Assembly (NCBI GenBank): GCA_043228905.1
Contig: JBHGNT010000002.1
Location: forward strand, 28,024,001-28,088,000
Source of the DNA: Azolla caroliniana
Taxonomy: Eukaryota; Plantae; Polypodiophyta
Reading direction: 5' to 3'
Length of the DNA: 64,000 nt
This document shows positions 1-12,310 of the stretch, piece after piece. Below the pieces are notes generated by a model. The model saw nothing but the letters and a program-made list of their open reading frames with translations. It was not told where the DNA came from and searched no databases. Position 1 is the stretch's first letter. Every line of letters starts with the position of its first letter. Made by a program: the position numbers and the translations under genes.

Positions 1-135
1 GAATTATGTGAACCGGATAAATCAATCTGGTTAGAGGATTTTTGGGAACTTACTTCAGGAAGAATCATCCAGGGTTGAGTTTGCAGTTTCTTCTGTCTCA
101 TAGTCATTAACTTTTTGCTATTGCTTTTTTGGCTC

Positions 136-3100
136 TAAGTGACGAATGGAAATGATAGTGCAACCCCAACTTTGTTGAAAGATTGGGCCAAACACAGCAA
201 ATCAGAGTCATTTTCTGGTGCCACCTCTCCTGTGAAGGAAAGTTTACAGAAAGCATGAGAGCGGATTATCTAAGTATTCAATTGAGAACGGAACACTGAA
301 GGACATCAATATCAAATAACATGATGATAGGTGAGTGCTACATGCATATATAACATCATTTCCATGGTCACAATAGGGAGCATGTTAAGATGTTTATAAA
401 TAACATCAAACAATGTGATGACGTAGTGCATGTTATACTCATAATAATGTGGCATCAGTGATACCATGATGATGTAACGTCAATTAAAAGAAGATGATAT
501 GATGCAACATCTATTTCTTGCTGCTCTATATACATAATAAGTATATCGTGAATTGCCATATTAGACCTGGAATAGAATCATTTATGGAACTTATATATGC
601 ATAATAAATATAAACTTCAAACAAATGATGATTATTGTACACAAGCATTACCATTTCCACTGTCTCTTCTCATAATGTGGTCTGAATCCGAGTTTGATTC
701 CAGTCCATCTTGGTGGAACTTATCACCAACTAGTGGGATTGAAAGTTGTGACCTCTTGCATTGGATTTTTGTTTATTTCTCTTAATAGGGGTGGGAGAGA
801 TTCTGAAATTCGTTCCTTGTAGAAAAACCCAGCAAAGATGGATTTGAACCCATGATCTTTGGCTTGATAACTCAGTAGGCCAAATCCTTGATAATTCTTG
901 TTACCTCTTGCATTGGATCTCCTAACTACACAGTAGGACAAACAAACACTTGATTACACTACTCAGTTTTTACTGTAAAATTCTCTCCTTGTGTCAATAC
1001 CCTAGTTCTAGTTCCTGACACAAAGGCTGACTGATGACATACATTCACAAGAATCCGTCCCTCATCCATCCTTACATCTGTCATTTGATAATCTCTACTG
1101 GCACATCCAACCCTTATGCTCTCCTTCCTAGCGCACTCAATCCTTGTCTTCCCAGATTTCCCTTCTGTAATGGGCAATTTCCCTTCCAGAATCATCATTT
1201 TTGCATCATTCTGTGTCTTCACACCATCCATCATGTTGCACCTTCCATGGTCAGTGTTGCTTATAATTACTGTTCTAGACGCCTTTGTGGGTAGTGATTG
1301 ATATTGATCATCACTTGCTTGCTTATAGCTATGGAGGTCGGTGGCAAGTTTGAACATCCTACCCATCTTCACAATAGACCTATCATGGTGATCGTGACCA
1401 TGCATAGACCTTTGAGTGGCATATGAGGAAGAAGGGTCAGTGAAAGTCTCGATGGTCGATAGATTCGTTCCAAGGTTTGACAAGTTTGACATTGATGTCT
1501 TTGTGTGTGTGGTTGTGGTAGTAGTACTATCACTTCGGTTTGTTTCGAGGGGTTCATTCGGCAAAGTATCGGCATGTTCCTTTAGATTTTTATCAAATCC
1601 CGCATTTTCCTTTGTACCCACAATATTTTGCTCTTTAGTAGTTCTTTTTTTGTATGAAGGATTGCTCACTACTAGTGTCTGATTATGATGATGATTGTTC
1701 TCTTCATATTGGGTTGGCTTGGAAGACCTTTTCCTTTTAGATGAGGCAAGAGCTCGGAAAACCTTCACAAGCTCAGATCCCAGAGCACTGCATTTACCTT
1801 CAGCTTTCATGGCGGCTGTAAGTGCTATCTCTATTTGGGCAGTGAAGAATTGGGTTTTGGATTCTAGTGTCCTGTGAACAAAATTGAAATGTTGATGAAA
1901 AAAAATTATGGTCATGAAATACCACATAACTATAACAGTACAAGGGAGGCTAGGAAAGTGTTTTTATGATCTTACATATAACTACATTAAGTAGGTTACT
2001 TTGGGGATGGCTGTATATAGTCTTGACACAACCATCTACAGGGTTTTCGATAGCTATGGTTGAGTTAGATCCTTGAGGGTTCGATAACTATTGTATATAA
2101 AAGGGTTGGCTAACTGTTGATTTCATGCTTTTATATGTTAATACAGTAAAAGAAGCCTTCTGAGAATACCTTGTTGTGAGAGTTGTTGCTGTCTCCATGT
2201 GGCATATCCGATTCTCCAATTCACCGACTTTCATGTCTAACACACTGAAAGCCGCGTCACTGTAGTCCCTTGTTTCATTCTTGTTATTCTTATTCTCTCC
2301 TCCATCACCACCTTCCATCTTTTTCAACTCCTTGAAGAAGCACGACATTTCTTCATACAAGTTCAGAAGTTTTGCGAGATTTTCTGTGGACACACCATTC
2401 TCTTCGTCTCTAATTAATGAATGATCCTTCCTCTTCTCCAAATGCTCAATTCTCTTCAAAGAAGCATTGATCTTCTCACATACATCAAATACTTTCTCCA
2501 CAAGACCCTTCTGCTCGATATCCCTTGCGGCTCCCTCTTTGCTAATCTCCTGTAGAAATATCTCATGTTCCATCTGTTTTTCATCAAGCTCCGATGTGTT
2601 TTGCATAGCCTTAGCTATGGTTGAGGTTAATTCGTTTATTCTCTCCTTGTTCACTCTTTCATAATTCATTACTTCTTTCCTAATCTCATTTTGGAACATC
2701 TCATGTTCCTTGTGTTTCTCATTGAGCTCTGACATGCTTTGTGTGACCTTAGCTATTGCTGAAGCTAACTCTTCTATTCTCTCCTCATTCACTCTTTCAT
2801 AATTCACATATTCTTTGCTAATGCTGGAATGTGCACAACTCTCTTCGCATGCCTTAGAGAGCTCTTCAAGTACTCTTTCAGTTCGATATGCAGCCTCCAT
2901 TGCTTCATTTGCAGCTGAGGAGGCCAGTTCTCTATCTTTCTCTACCAAAACCAACAAGTTTTGTAGCTTCATTATTTCCTTTTGCAAATCCACAGCATCA
3001 ATGCGAGCTTTTGCAGTGTCTTGAAATGTGTCCACAGTTTTTTCTAGCTCTTGGATTCTTGACTTGAGTCCGTCCATGGCTAGATCATGCAAAGAGCTAT

Positions 3101-6100
3101 TGCATTTCTGTTTTGCATCTTGTTGTTGTTCTCTCACAAATCTTTCCCATCTATACTCCATCTCTTCTAACCTTCCTTGCCCAACCATCTTCACATGATG
3201 GAGATCTCCTCTCATTTCCTCTAAGGCACACTGACAGAAATGAGAGAGTTCATCTATTCTACCCAACAAGATTCCGTGGCTTAAACTTTCCGTTCTTAGG
3301 CTTTCTTCTATCCTCCTTAATTCTTCACCCTTCATTTGGTTATCTTGGATTTCCTCTCTCATCTGGGTCAGTGATGCCAAAAAGCTTTTTTTGATCCCTT
3401 TCACTTCTTGCCTTGTTTTATTGTTTTCTCGATTTGATTTTAAACACTCTTTTCTCACACGATTGAGCTCATTTGAAAGCACGTGTTTATTCCGACTGAT
3501 GCATTCCCTTGCATCTTTGGCAACATTTGTGAGTTTCTCAATTTGCTGCTCAAGTTCGTCTTTACTGACTGAGATTTGACGAATCTCTTCCTGAACAGAG
3601 TGAACCTCAACTTGCATTATATTTGCTATAGCATCTTTCATATCGTCTGATAATGTTATCGAAGGAGAGCAATCTCGACTATGGTCATCAATCTTCTGAA
3701 GAAGTAGACTCTCTAAAGCATCACGATTCCTCTCAAACCTTATCCCCGAGTCCTCTCGGACTGACTCCATGCTCAAGGCCATTTCAGACCTAAGAGTTTC
3801 TACACTTTTGGATATGGTTTTCTCTATTTCCTCCATCTGCAACTTGCATATACTAACATCTTTTATCTCATTCAATATTTTCAGTTCGCTCTGAAACACA
3901 TTCATCCGTTGTTGTAATGATTTGAACTGGTTTTCACAATTCCCTAGCTTACCCTCTAATCTTTGTCTTTCATTCTCCTTCACCATGAGCAGATCCTTTG
4001 CCCATTGAACTGTCCCAACAAGTTCATCTATCTTGTCACGAACATCTCGATTGATCATTCCTTTGATCGACTCTGTCTCTCTCTCTGACCGATCTTTATG
4101 GTCTTTCAACTCTTGTTGTAGCTCCTCTATCTTTGTGTGTATCAATAATGATGATTCTCTATCAAACACAAGTACATTAGGATCTAATGTGTTATACTCT
4201 GTTAAGGTTATTTTTGTTTTTGTTTCTGATGGTATTTCTGGAGGAGAACTTGCTCGGAAAGAAACTTGACCTTCTTGCACGGGATCAACATAACTCTGGT
4301 TTGAATTTTCCTGGATGCCACATAATTCATCCCCCTCACTATCTATATACGATGGTAAATTGGTATGGTTAGTGCTCAGAGTTTCCTCTTCATTGCGAAT
4401 TGAATTCTCTTGTTTCTCTCGAAACTTCTTTATCGAATAGCTCTTAGCAAATTGAAAGTGATGACCTGCAATGCTGAATTCATTTCCCTCTAATGGTTCT
4501 CTTTGATTCACTTCGCTAATTTGTGTATGATGGAGAATATTATGGCCTTGTCTATGGGTAGCTAAAGGCGAATGAATCAATGTAGAAGTATTTAACATAT
4601 CTTGTTGATACTTGTCATCATTCACCTCCTCTGCACTCATTCCATGTCCTCCAAGTGTGTAGTCCTGACATTCATCTACATACATATAATGTTTCAGTGG
4701 ATTAGTTAAACCTTATACCAATGTTCAGGTGAGTACTTAATGCATGCACCGTGGAGTGAGTTTCACACACACACACACACACGTTATAGACACATATGAA
4801 CTAAGAATATGCATTGAGAATTATCCTTTTGCAAATTTGGCAAAACTAGACATTAGTATCAAACGCCACCTTCCAGCCCACTGATTCTTTGCGGGAGTCC
4901 CTTTCTTTCGAGATCAAACACTGGGTTCGAATATGTTAGGGCCTCAAAGAACGTATCACTATGAGGAGAAGAATCTGGAGACTCATGCACTGTCTGATTG
5001 TTGGGATGATTGCTAGATATCTTGAGATTAGTGAACTCATGTATTCTTGACGGAGATTCTTGTTTCTTGGAATCCAATACTTGTGTCATGTTGCATGAGG
5101 TATTGATTGATGGCAAACTTGTGGTGATATCGCGTCGACCGGACAGCTCCTTGAGTTTAGAAATGTAGTGTGAGAAGGGGAGAGATGTGTGAAATGGAGA
5201 AGGTGTAGATAGTGTGTGCTTAGTATTATTACTTGCTCCAGCATTGTTAGTATGGCTATGATCATGTAGCTTTTCCTTGAGTAAGCTGCTATTGGGAAGA
5301 CTACTATTGACATGATCTCTTTGTCTATCCTCAATGTCTTCATCATAAAAGCTCTTCACCTTATCATTGGTATGTCTATCCCTGTGGCTGTGGCTACATA
5401 ATATTGATGTACTTCCATGGATCAATGTAATATCACTATGGGTTTGCTCAATATTAGTTTCTTTTTCATCGGCATGAGTCTGTTTAGAGCTATTAGTATT
5501 GCCAGATTCTGTCTGAAGGAACCCACCTTTTCTTTTGAGCCATTTCATCTGATCTCTCATTTTTCCGTACTCTTCATCTAGCTTTGTTTTTATATGGGCA
5601 GTCACAGCATGGCTAACCATATTCGGAGCTTTCCCAACACTTTCATCTGCATTAGCTTCAGAGATACCTTCAAGATTGGTTTGTGTGGTGGTTGTTTCCA
5701 TCGACCAATAATCGTTAGTTTGCACATTACTAGAATTTCTTCTTTGACTAAAGGAATTAACTCGTTCCTTTTGCATGGATTTGATGTTCTCAATATCAGG
5801 ACAATGAGTTTCAGAAAACAAAACCTCATCATCACAGTTCTTATTTTTTGGAATGCGAGTATTCTTGCAGTATATTCTGGCATTGCGAGGATCCAGATAA
5901 GAAGCTGCAGTTTGATCCGTATGACCATCTTGCTCATGTTTATTATGTATTATATGATGATTCTGAAGTTTAGGACCACTTTCTATTGGTGAAGGTTGAG
6001 GGTTGAAAGCACTAAAGGATGATGGAGATATGATAGTAGTAGTTTTATGCCGATGCCGATGTGGTCTTAGAAGATTCATTTTGCTGAGGTTTCGTCGATC

Positions 6101-6949
6101 CGAATCTGAGATAATGTTTGCATTTGATTTTCTTTGAGAAACCTCATGATCCACCATGTGAATATGATCAACATTCATTGATGAGGCAATGTTATGTGCG
6201 GAATTGGCCAAATAGCCGATCGACAGTTGTCTAATGTTGGACTCATGTTTCACGAGTGGGGAGGAAGATCCGTGAACATTGGACGTGCGTTTGTTGAGCG
6301 ATGGCGAAGACCTGGGAGCAATAGCCGAAACTGCATAGCAGGAGGTATCGTGATCTGTCATTATGTTATGGTTATTCGTGAAAATAGCCATAGCTGCTTT
6401 TGAGTCTTCTGAAGAATAGTCGGGAGACTCATGCTTTTTCCTCGGCTTTTTGAAAGCCCCCATGAATGAAATCGCTTTACTACCTAGTCTTTTTTGCTTT
6501 TGTTGCTGCTTTTGTAGTGGTGGTGGTGGTGGTGGTGGTAGGGGGTCATCATTGCTAAAGCTAGGTAAAGGAAGTGGTTTTGCCTTATTAACGGTTTTCT
6601 TTATACCTCTCACATTCCTCAATCTATCTTTTACACCAGGTTTTGTTGTGTTAACCGTGCTGTTGGTGTTTGTTGTTGAGCTAAAAAGCTCAACTTCTAG
6701 TTGTTGCATTCTTTTCCTTGTCTCTGGCAGATAAGTGAGGAGTTCTACAAACTGCTTTTCTGTCTTTTGAGCTTCAAACTGTGGATGCGAAGGTATTGTC
6801 ACGGTTACAAGTGTATAGAATTTCTTGAGATGTACGAGTTCATCTGATGCAAGACAAGCTTTCTTCGAGAACGTGGCTTTCTTCATACAAAACCGGGCAT
6901 TCCGGCAATAGAAATTCAATGGAAGCAGCACGTTGAAAGAATTCTCCAT
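136..6949 (-). CDS. Very large protein of unknown function (about 1,800+ aa): N-terminal AMSH/USP8-dimerisation (MIT-like) domain, poly-Pro, long disordered region, long coiled coil; 3' exons uncertain
   Basis: Three long same-strand ORFs join through phase-compatible GT-AG sites. Exon 6949-4870 (ATG MENSF; donor GAAG|GT, phase 1) joins exon 4675-2170 (acceptor TGTAG|AT, phase 1; donor AG|GT, phase 2). An optional phase-2 mini-exon lies at ~2054-2001. Exon 1871-~1043 follows (acceptor CACAG|G, phase 2). Further small exons near 925-905, 730-652 and 230-136 are likely but their phases are unresolved. Heptad-like E/K/L-rich sequence at ~4150-2200. Confidence 0.75.
2540..2820 (-). repeat. In-frame 138-nt (46-aa) tandem duplication inside the coiled-coil exon
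   Basis: ttcactctttcataattca recurs at ~2650 and ~2788. The protein reads NYERVNEERIEELASAIAK...EHEMFQNEI followed by NYERVNKERINELTSTIAK...EHEIFLQEI. Confidence 0.9.
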
Positions 6950-7156
6950 AGCTAGGCTATCGACCAGATAGCAATGAATGAAAGAAAAGAAACGAAAGAG
7001 AGTGATCAGAGGGTCATGAAGTATATAGACTTCTTGACGCTGAAGATTGCACTTGGAAGGGAGACAGAGACCGAGGCAGATAAGCACAGAGACGGAGAGA
7101 GTTTAGAGAGAGTCTACGGAGAGACAGAAACAGAGACAGAGACTGCAGACAGACAG

Positions 7157-7159
<3 letters not shown>

Positions 7160-7199
<40 letters not shown>

Positions 7200-7210
7200 T
7201 GTGTGTGTGT
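7160..7210. repeat. (GA)n(GT)n microsatellite, i.e. a CT/CA tract in the putative 5' leader of gene 1
   Basis: Directly visible; ~210-260 bp upstream of ATG 6949 on the minus strand. Confidence 0.95.
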
Positions 7211-7699
7211 TTTGACAGTTATTTACCCGCCATGGCTCCCCGCACTGAGACATTCAACAAAAGAAACAAAGAGAACGCTATAGGATTTGGGGAGGGGGGT
7301 ACATTTTGGAAATAACAAAAACGCAGGGGCATTTCAGGAACTTCCCACTCACTGCTTAATGCAATCAAGTTGGTACTTCCACTAAGTAAGGTCAATAGCA
7401 ATACGGACAAGATTCTTTGATTTGTTGTTAAAGAACTCAATTTCTAGCTAATTCTTTCGAGTTCCATTGAAAACCATTGTGAAAACCGGTCTGGTGTTTC
7501 TAGGGAAAATAAAAACGCACAATTTGATAAAAGCACAGAACTCTTGGATTAGGCATGAATCATGATTGCCATTTTTACAGGAGTGAGTGCATTGAAGAGT
7601 TAGGCACACAATTCTTCTTCGTACATAGTACTAAAATTCCCTTATTTACATCGAGAGGAAAGTAGTTTGTACCATAAGACCAATCCACTTCAATATGTA

Positions 7700-8370
7700 G
7701 ATAGTTCTATAAAGTTTTGGCAATAGCACACTGTTGTTTTGGCGTATGTGAAGGTCCCTCAAATTCACATGGTTATTATGGATGTACATCATGATTGCAA
7801 AATGTGTGAAGTGATGAGCATTAGATGGCATGTGGTGTACATGCTTGACCAATAAATTTGATATCACACATTTGGCACAATTATAGTTCTAACATATGCC
7901 AAATACAAATTCATGAATTCAACTTATTGTTGTAGATTTAGGTATACACGACATTGTTGATGGGAATATAATGTCTTACATATGGAAGATTACAAAGTCA
8001 AACACTATGGTATGGCTATATTGATAACATCATGTTCATCCCTTAGCTCATATTGTTGATGGGCATCATGTTTACTTTACACATGACAAGATGTGAATTC
8101 AAACATCGTGGGATAGCTGTATTGATTGCATATGTATATAAAATATGTACAACTCCATGTTCATTCCTCACCTTATGCATGCAAAAACTAATAAATGCAC
8201 ACAATACAAGAGAGAAATAATCTGTAAGGGAGTTGGGACTACAAGTTTCATTAGTCTTCAATGCCATTGCTTGCCCATTCATTAGAGAGCACACACTATT
8301 TTATTTAGTATTGTATGTAACACACAAACGTGGGACCACCATGTGTTGTTTTGAGAATTCTTAACTAACA
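7700..8370 (+). mobile_element. Possible highly degenerate PIF/Harbinger transposase remnant
   Basis: Broken reading frames give, in the expected order, KVLAIAH...G...YG (HTH-like, ~7711), GIHDIVDGNI (cf. GAIDGTHI, ~7940), AHIVDG (~8046) and CVVL (cf. ACxxLHN, ~8342). There are many stops and frameshifts. Confidence 0.3.
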
Positions 8371-9200
8371 GCACAATTTTATGATAAATACATTTGCTGA
8401 GGTAGCCAAAAAAGAGAAAAAAGGCCTTCACTATTTTTTGCTACACATTTGCAGCTAATGAAATGCAACACAATGCTCATCCCTCTACCCCTGCATTTGT
8501 GTAGCAAAACATAGCACCTCACAAACTTGCCAATCACCAAAGAAGCCTAGTTGATGGTATGGATTATGTTAGGATGATACACCAATGCATTTGTTGGCAT
8601 GTACAATTTGAGTTGAGGATACTTGTAGCTTCAATAAATGAGCATCAGTCTAGCGCTAAATCTCTAGTTAAAAACATTGGTAAACGGGCCTATTCAAGAA
8701 TGCGTATTTAATGGAAAATGTAAAGCAGTATCTCAACCTTTTCCACGTTCCGAGTATAGCATTTTTAAATTATAAGCCTCAAGGTTTCAAAATCGTACCA
8801 ACCACCTTGGGTTCCATAGTAGGCTTTATAAATCAACTTTAGAATTTACTCTAGATTCACAATTGTTTCTTCCCTGACATGGATCTACTATACAAGTAAA
8901 AATATGATGACAAAATCTCACGTTTACAACATTTATTTATTGACATAAAATATCGATTTAAGTAGGAAATGCTTTAGATGGAAATTCCAGGCAGCCCAAA
9001 CATAATCTGGACAAGGAAGTTTGGCACAATCAACTTACTGTGTATAATTATAAACATCCCGCTCCACCCTTCATCAATACTTGGTTTGGAGCACTCAAAT
9101 AATATGGTCACCTGTTGAATTCTATCCATGCAATCTTCCCAACCTATGGTAGGTTTACATCTCTCAATATACTCAGTTCCAGTTATCTTCCAGCTCTGCA

Positions 9201-11840
9201 CTAGGATTTCCTGACCAAACTTCTTGATCCTTGAGTGTATTCCAGAACCGCAATGGCATCATCCAACCTTACCATTTCATGATTTCCAGCAAAAAAATGC
9301 TCATATAAGCCACAAGAAAAAAAAAGTATGGTTTGCACAAAATTCTCTAAAGCCAATGACATGGAGATCAACTCATTACTCTTCATTAAGTGAAAAATCA
9401 TTAAAAAAAATACCTTCCAACAGCATCATATGCACTCGATAAATTGCCATACACCATTAACGTGTCAGGATGATGAAGCCCTAGATTTCCTTTAAGAACA
9501 TCTGCTGATTCTTCAAATAGCTCTATTGCAGATTGTATCTCAGAAAACTGTACGTGAACAAGTCCCATTTGATTTAGCACTATGCCAAACAATGAAGACC
9601 TCTTCTCAACACCATTTCTCATCTTTGCAACAACCCTATTGAAAAATAATAGAGCTTCTACATAGTCTCCATGTATGTAATGAAGCACGCCAATTTGTGC
9701 TTCAATACCACAGGAACCTCCTCCTCCTCCTAGGATATCTAATGCCTTCTCAAGCAAACAAATAGCCTTGTTATGCTCATCTAAACCTTCATAAACTATG
9801 GCTACCTCTGACAACCCACGAGCCACTTCTTCGACTTGATTCCTATCTCTCACCTTGTTATAAATGCTCATTGCACTCTCGCAATAAGTCCTTGATTCAT
9901 GCCTTTTTCCTTTCTTAAGATAAAGATCAGCTAAGCTTACATATACACCTGCAACCGCAACAAAGTCTTTGTCTACTGCCAATGCTTTGAATATTGTGAG
10001 GGCTTTTAGGTAGGCCAGAATCGCTTCATCGAATCGACCTAAAGAAGCATATGTATCTCCAATGCTAGCATTCACAGCAGCCATTTCAGCGTGATGCTTT
10101 TTGTTGTTGGCCACAAGAGCCATGCTTGCAAGAAGAAGATGCTCCAACGCAGCTTCATGGTCTCCTTTCTCATTACAAATAAGGCTCATTAGCCTTCGAT
10201 CACTCAATTCTTCGATAGATAGAGGAGCATTGCACTCTCTATCGATTTCCAATGCATGTTGGCAAAACTCCTCAGCCTTATCGAATTGTAAAGCCTGTGA
10301 TACAACTTTTCTTTTTAATTTGAATATTAGAAAGGCTTGAAATTTTATCATCTAACTGATATTTTTTATTTCCAAAGCCTGTGAGATGTGACATAGTCAC
10401 CAGACTGCTGTCAGCCAAATCTTGTCAATTAGCTAATGGGCATTCTATAGCTTCGCTAAATATAGTTATTTGTATGATCAGAAGCTTCCTCACAGAGCTT
10501 ATCTTTGGTAAAGCTTTACCCTTGGCTAGAGTTGGTAGAATAGGCCTGTTAGTCAGTAGATGGTGATGCAATACATTGAATTTTATATCATTCACAAATC
10601 AATTGAGCACCTTATTATGCAATGGAATGGTAGGTTAGCCATATGCATGTGCACATAATAGAGAATGCCTTCTTCCCTATTTTCAGTGACTAACCTATTC
10701 TTTGGTATGACTACACCTCAAGAGACATTACAACTCGTTTTAGAAAACCTCTGGATTACAAGAATATATTTGTGAGTTTTTCTAAGTTACCTTGGAGTAG
10801 GCTTCTGCCAGATAACGACAAGTTTCACCAACTCGATGATCCATTTTTCCAATGGCCCCTATTTGAAACTCGAACCCAGACTGATAAGCTGAGAAAGATT
10901 CTTCATATTTTCTAAGAAAAGCAAAGATATCACCCAACTGCATATAAGTAGCAAAGGCAGCAAGAGCGTGTTCTTGTGCACCTTTTGCTACATCAATTGC
11001 ATCAATTGAACGTTGTAGTGTCTCGATTGCCTCTTCATAGTGCCCAAGAGAGCATTGAATGGATGCAATGTCATGTAAATACATCACTACATCAAGATTA
11101 GGTTTCAATGAGGAAACATCGAGCGATTTTAAGGCTCGATTAGAGAAATACAAGGCTTTTCCAGGTTTATTGGATGATATGGATCGCTTAGCAAGGTTGA
11201 TAAAGAAAGGACATAAATCAGGATTCTTCTTCTCACGAGTAAAATGACTAGTTTCACGTTCATACTCAGCAATATTGTCCTCATATCCAAACTTCAGTGC
11301 AGGTTTATTTGTATGATTGATAGTGGAACTTCTCGTTTGATTTAAAAAACCTTTCCTTTTCTTTTGAGCCTTCTCCACATCAAATATAGCTTGTGTTTTT
11401 GTTGCTTCCATGGTGTTATTTATCAAAGATTTCATTGATTTAAATGCTTTCTTTCCATCATTTTCTTCTTCTTCTTCATCTTTCAATGTTTCATTCATTA
11501 GATTTTTCTTCTTCTCCACGAGATCCTCCATGGATTTCAATGTTTCCTTTGCATAATTTTCTTCTTCCATAGTGCCAATCATCACCGTTTTCTTCACCAT
11601 GAAAGCTTGCATACCTCTTAATGCGTCCGTTTCATTATTTTCTTCTTCTTCTTCTTCTTCGAGCAAATCTTGCATTAAGCTCCTTATAGCCTTCTCATGA
11701 ACGTCATTCTTTCTAGCAAATGCTTCTGCTTCAGCACAAAAGGCAGCTTCTTCTTGTTCTTCATCATCTTGCCTTTCTTCTTCACCCATTTCACCTCCCA
11801 TATTCTCATTTCTAGTAAACTCTGATAATAAACTCTGCAT
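9201..11840 (-). CDS. Kinesin light chain-related / CMU-like TPR protein (KLCR family) with an apparently degenerate C-terminus
   Basis: Exons 11840-10791, 10294-9414 and 9267-9201 are GT-AG and phase-compatible. Family-typical motifs: VGETCRYLAEA|ALQFDKAEEFCQHAL, DRRLMSLIC..KGDHEAALEHL, IEAQIGV, LNQMGL, G.HHPDTL.VY.NL...YDAVGR|LDDAI. Multiple TPRs. Confidence 0.9.
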
Positions 11841-11971
11841 ACTTTTCTAGGGTTTCAAGATCCTAAAGGCAATAATACTAACCTACAAAAAATCTAGGGA
11901 TTGGAAGGTATGGAAAAGGAACCCTAATTTTAGGACAAAAAGACATTGTCCTCAAACCCTAACGTGCACAA

Positions 11972-11973
<2 letters not shown>

Positions 11974-12027
<54 letters not shown>

Positions 12028-12310
12028 GGATTTCTACCTGAAGGCCATGGTGGGTCGAGAATCAGTGCGGTAACCATCACCATCGCCATCATCATGAGAG
12101 AGAAAGAGGTGGGTTAGGCCGATGGTCTCCTTCACAGGAGTTCAAACTACAGGATCTTGAGAGAGAGAGAGAGAGAGTTGAATTTCTACCTGAAGGCCAT
12201 GGTGGGACGAGAATCAGTGTGGTAACCATCACCATCGCCATCATCATGAGAGAGAAGGAGGTGTGGGTTAGGCCGATGGTCTCCATCACAGGAGTTCAAA
12301 CTACAGAATC

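Noticed and set aside
1034-6734. Numerous 60-130-aa plus-strand ORFs
   Set aside because: They are antisense shadows of gene 1's long coding exons. The same applies to ORFs opposite KLCR, SWO1 and the kinesin.
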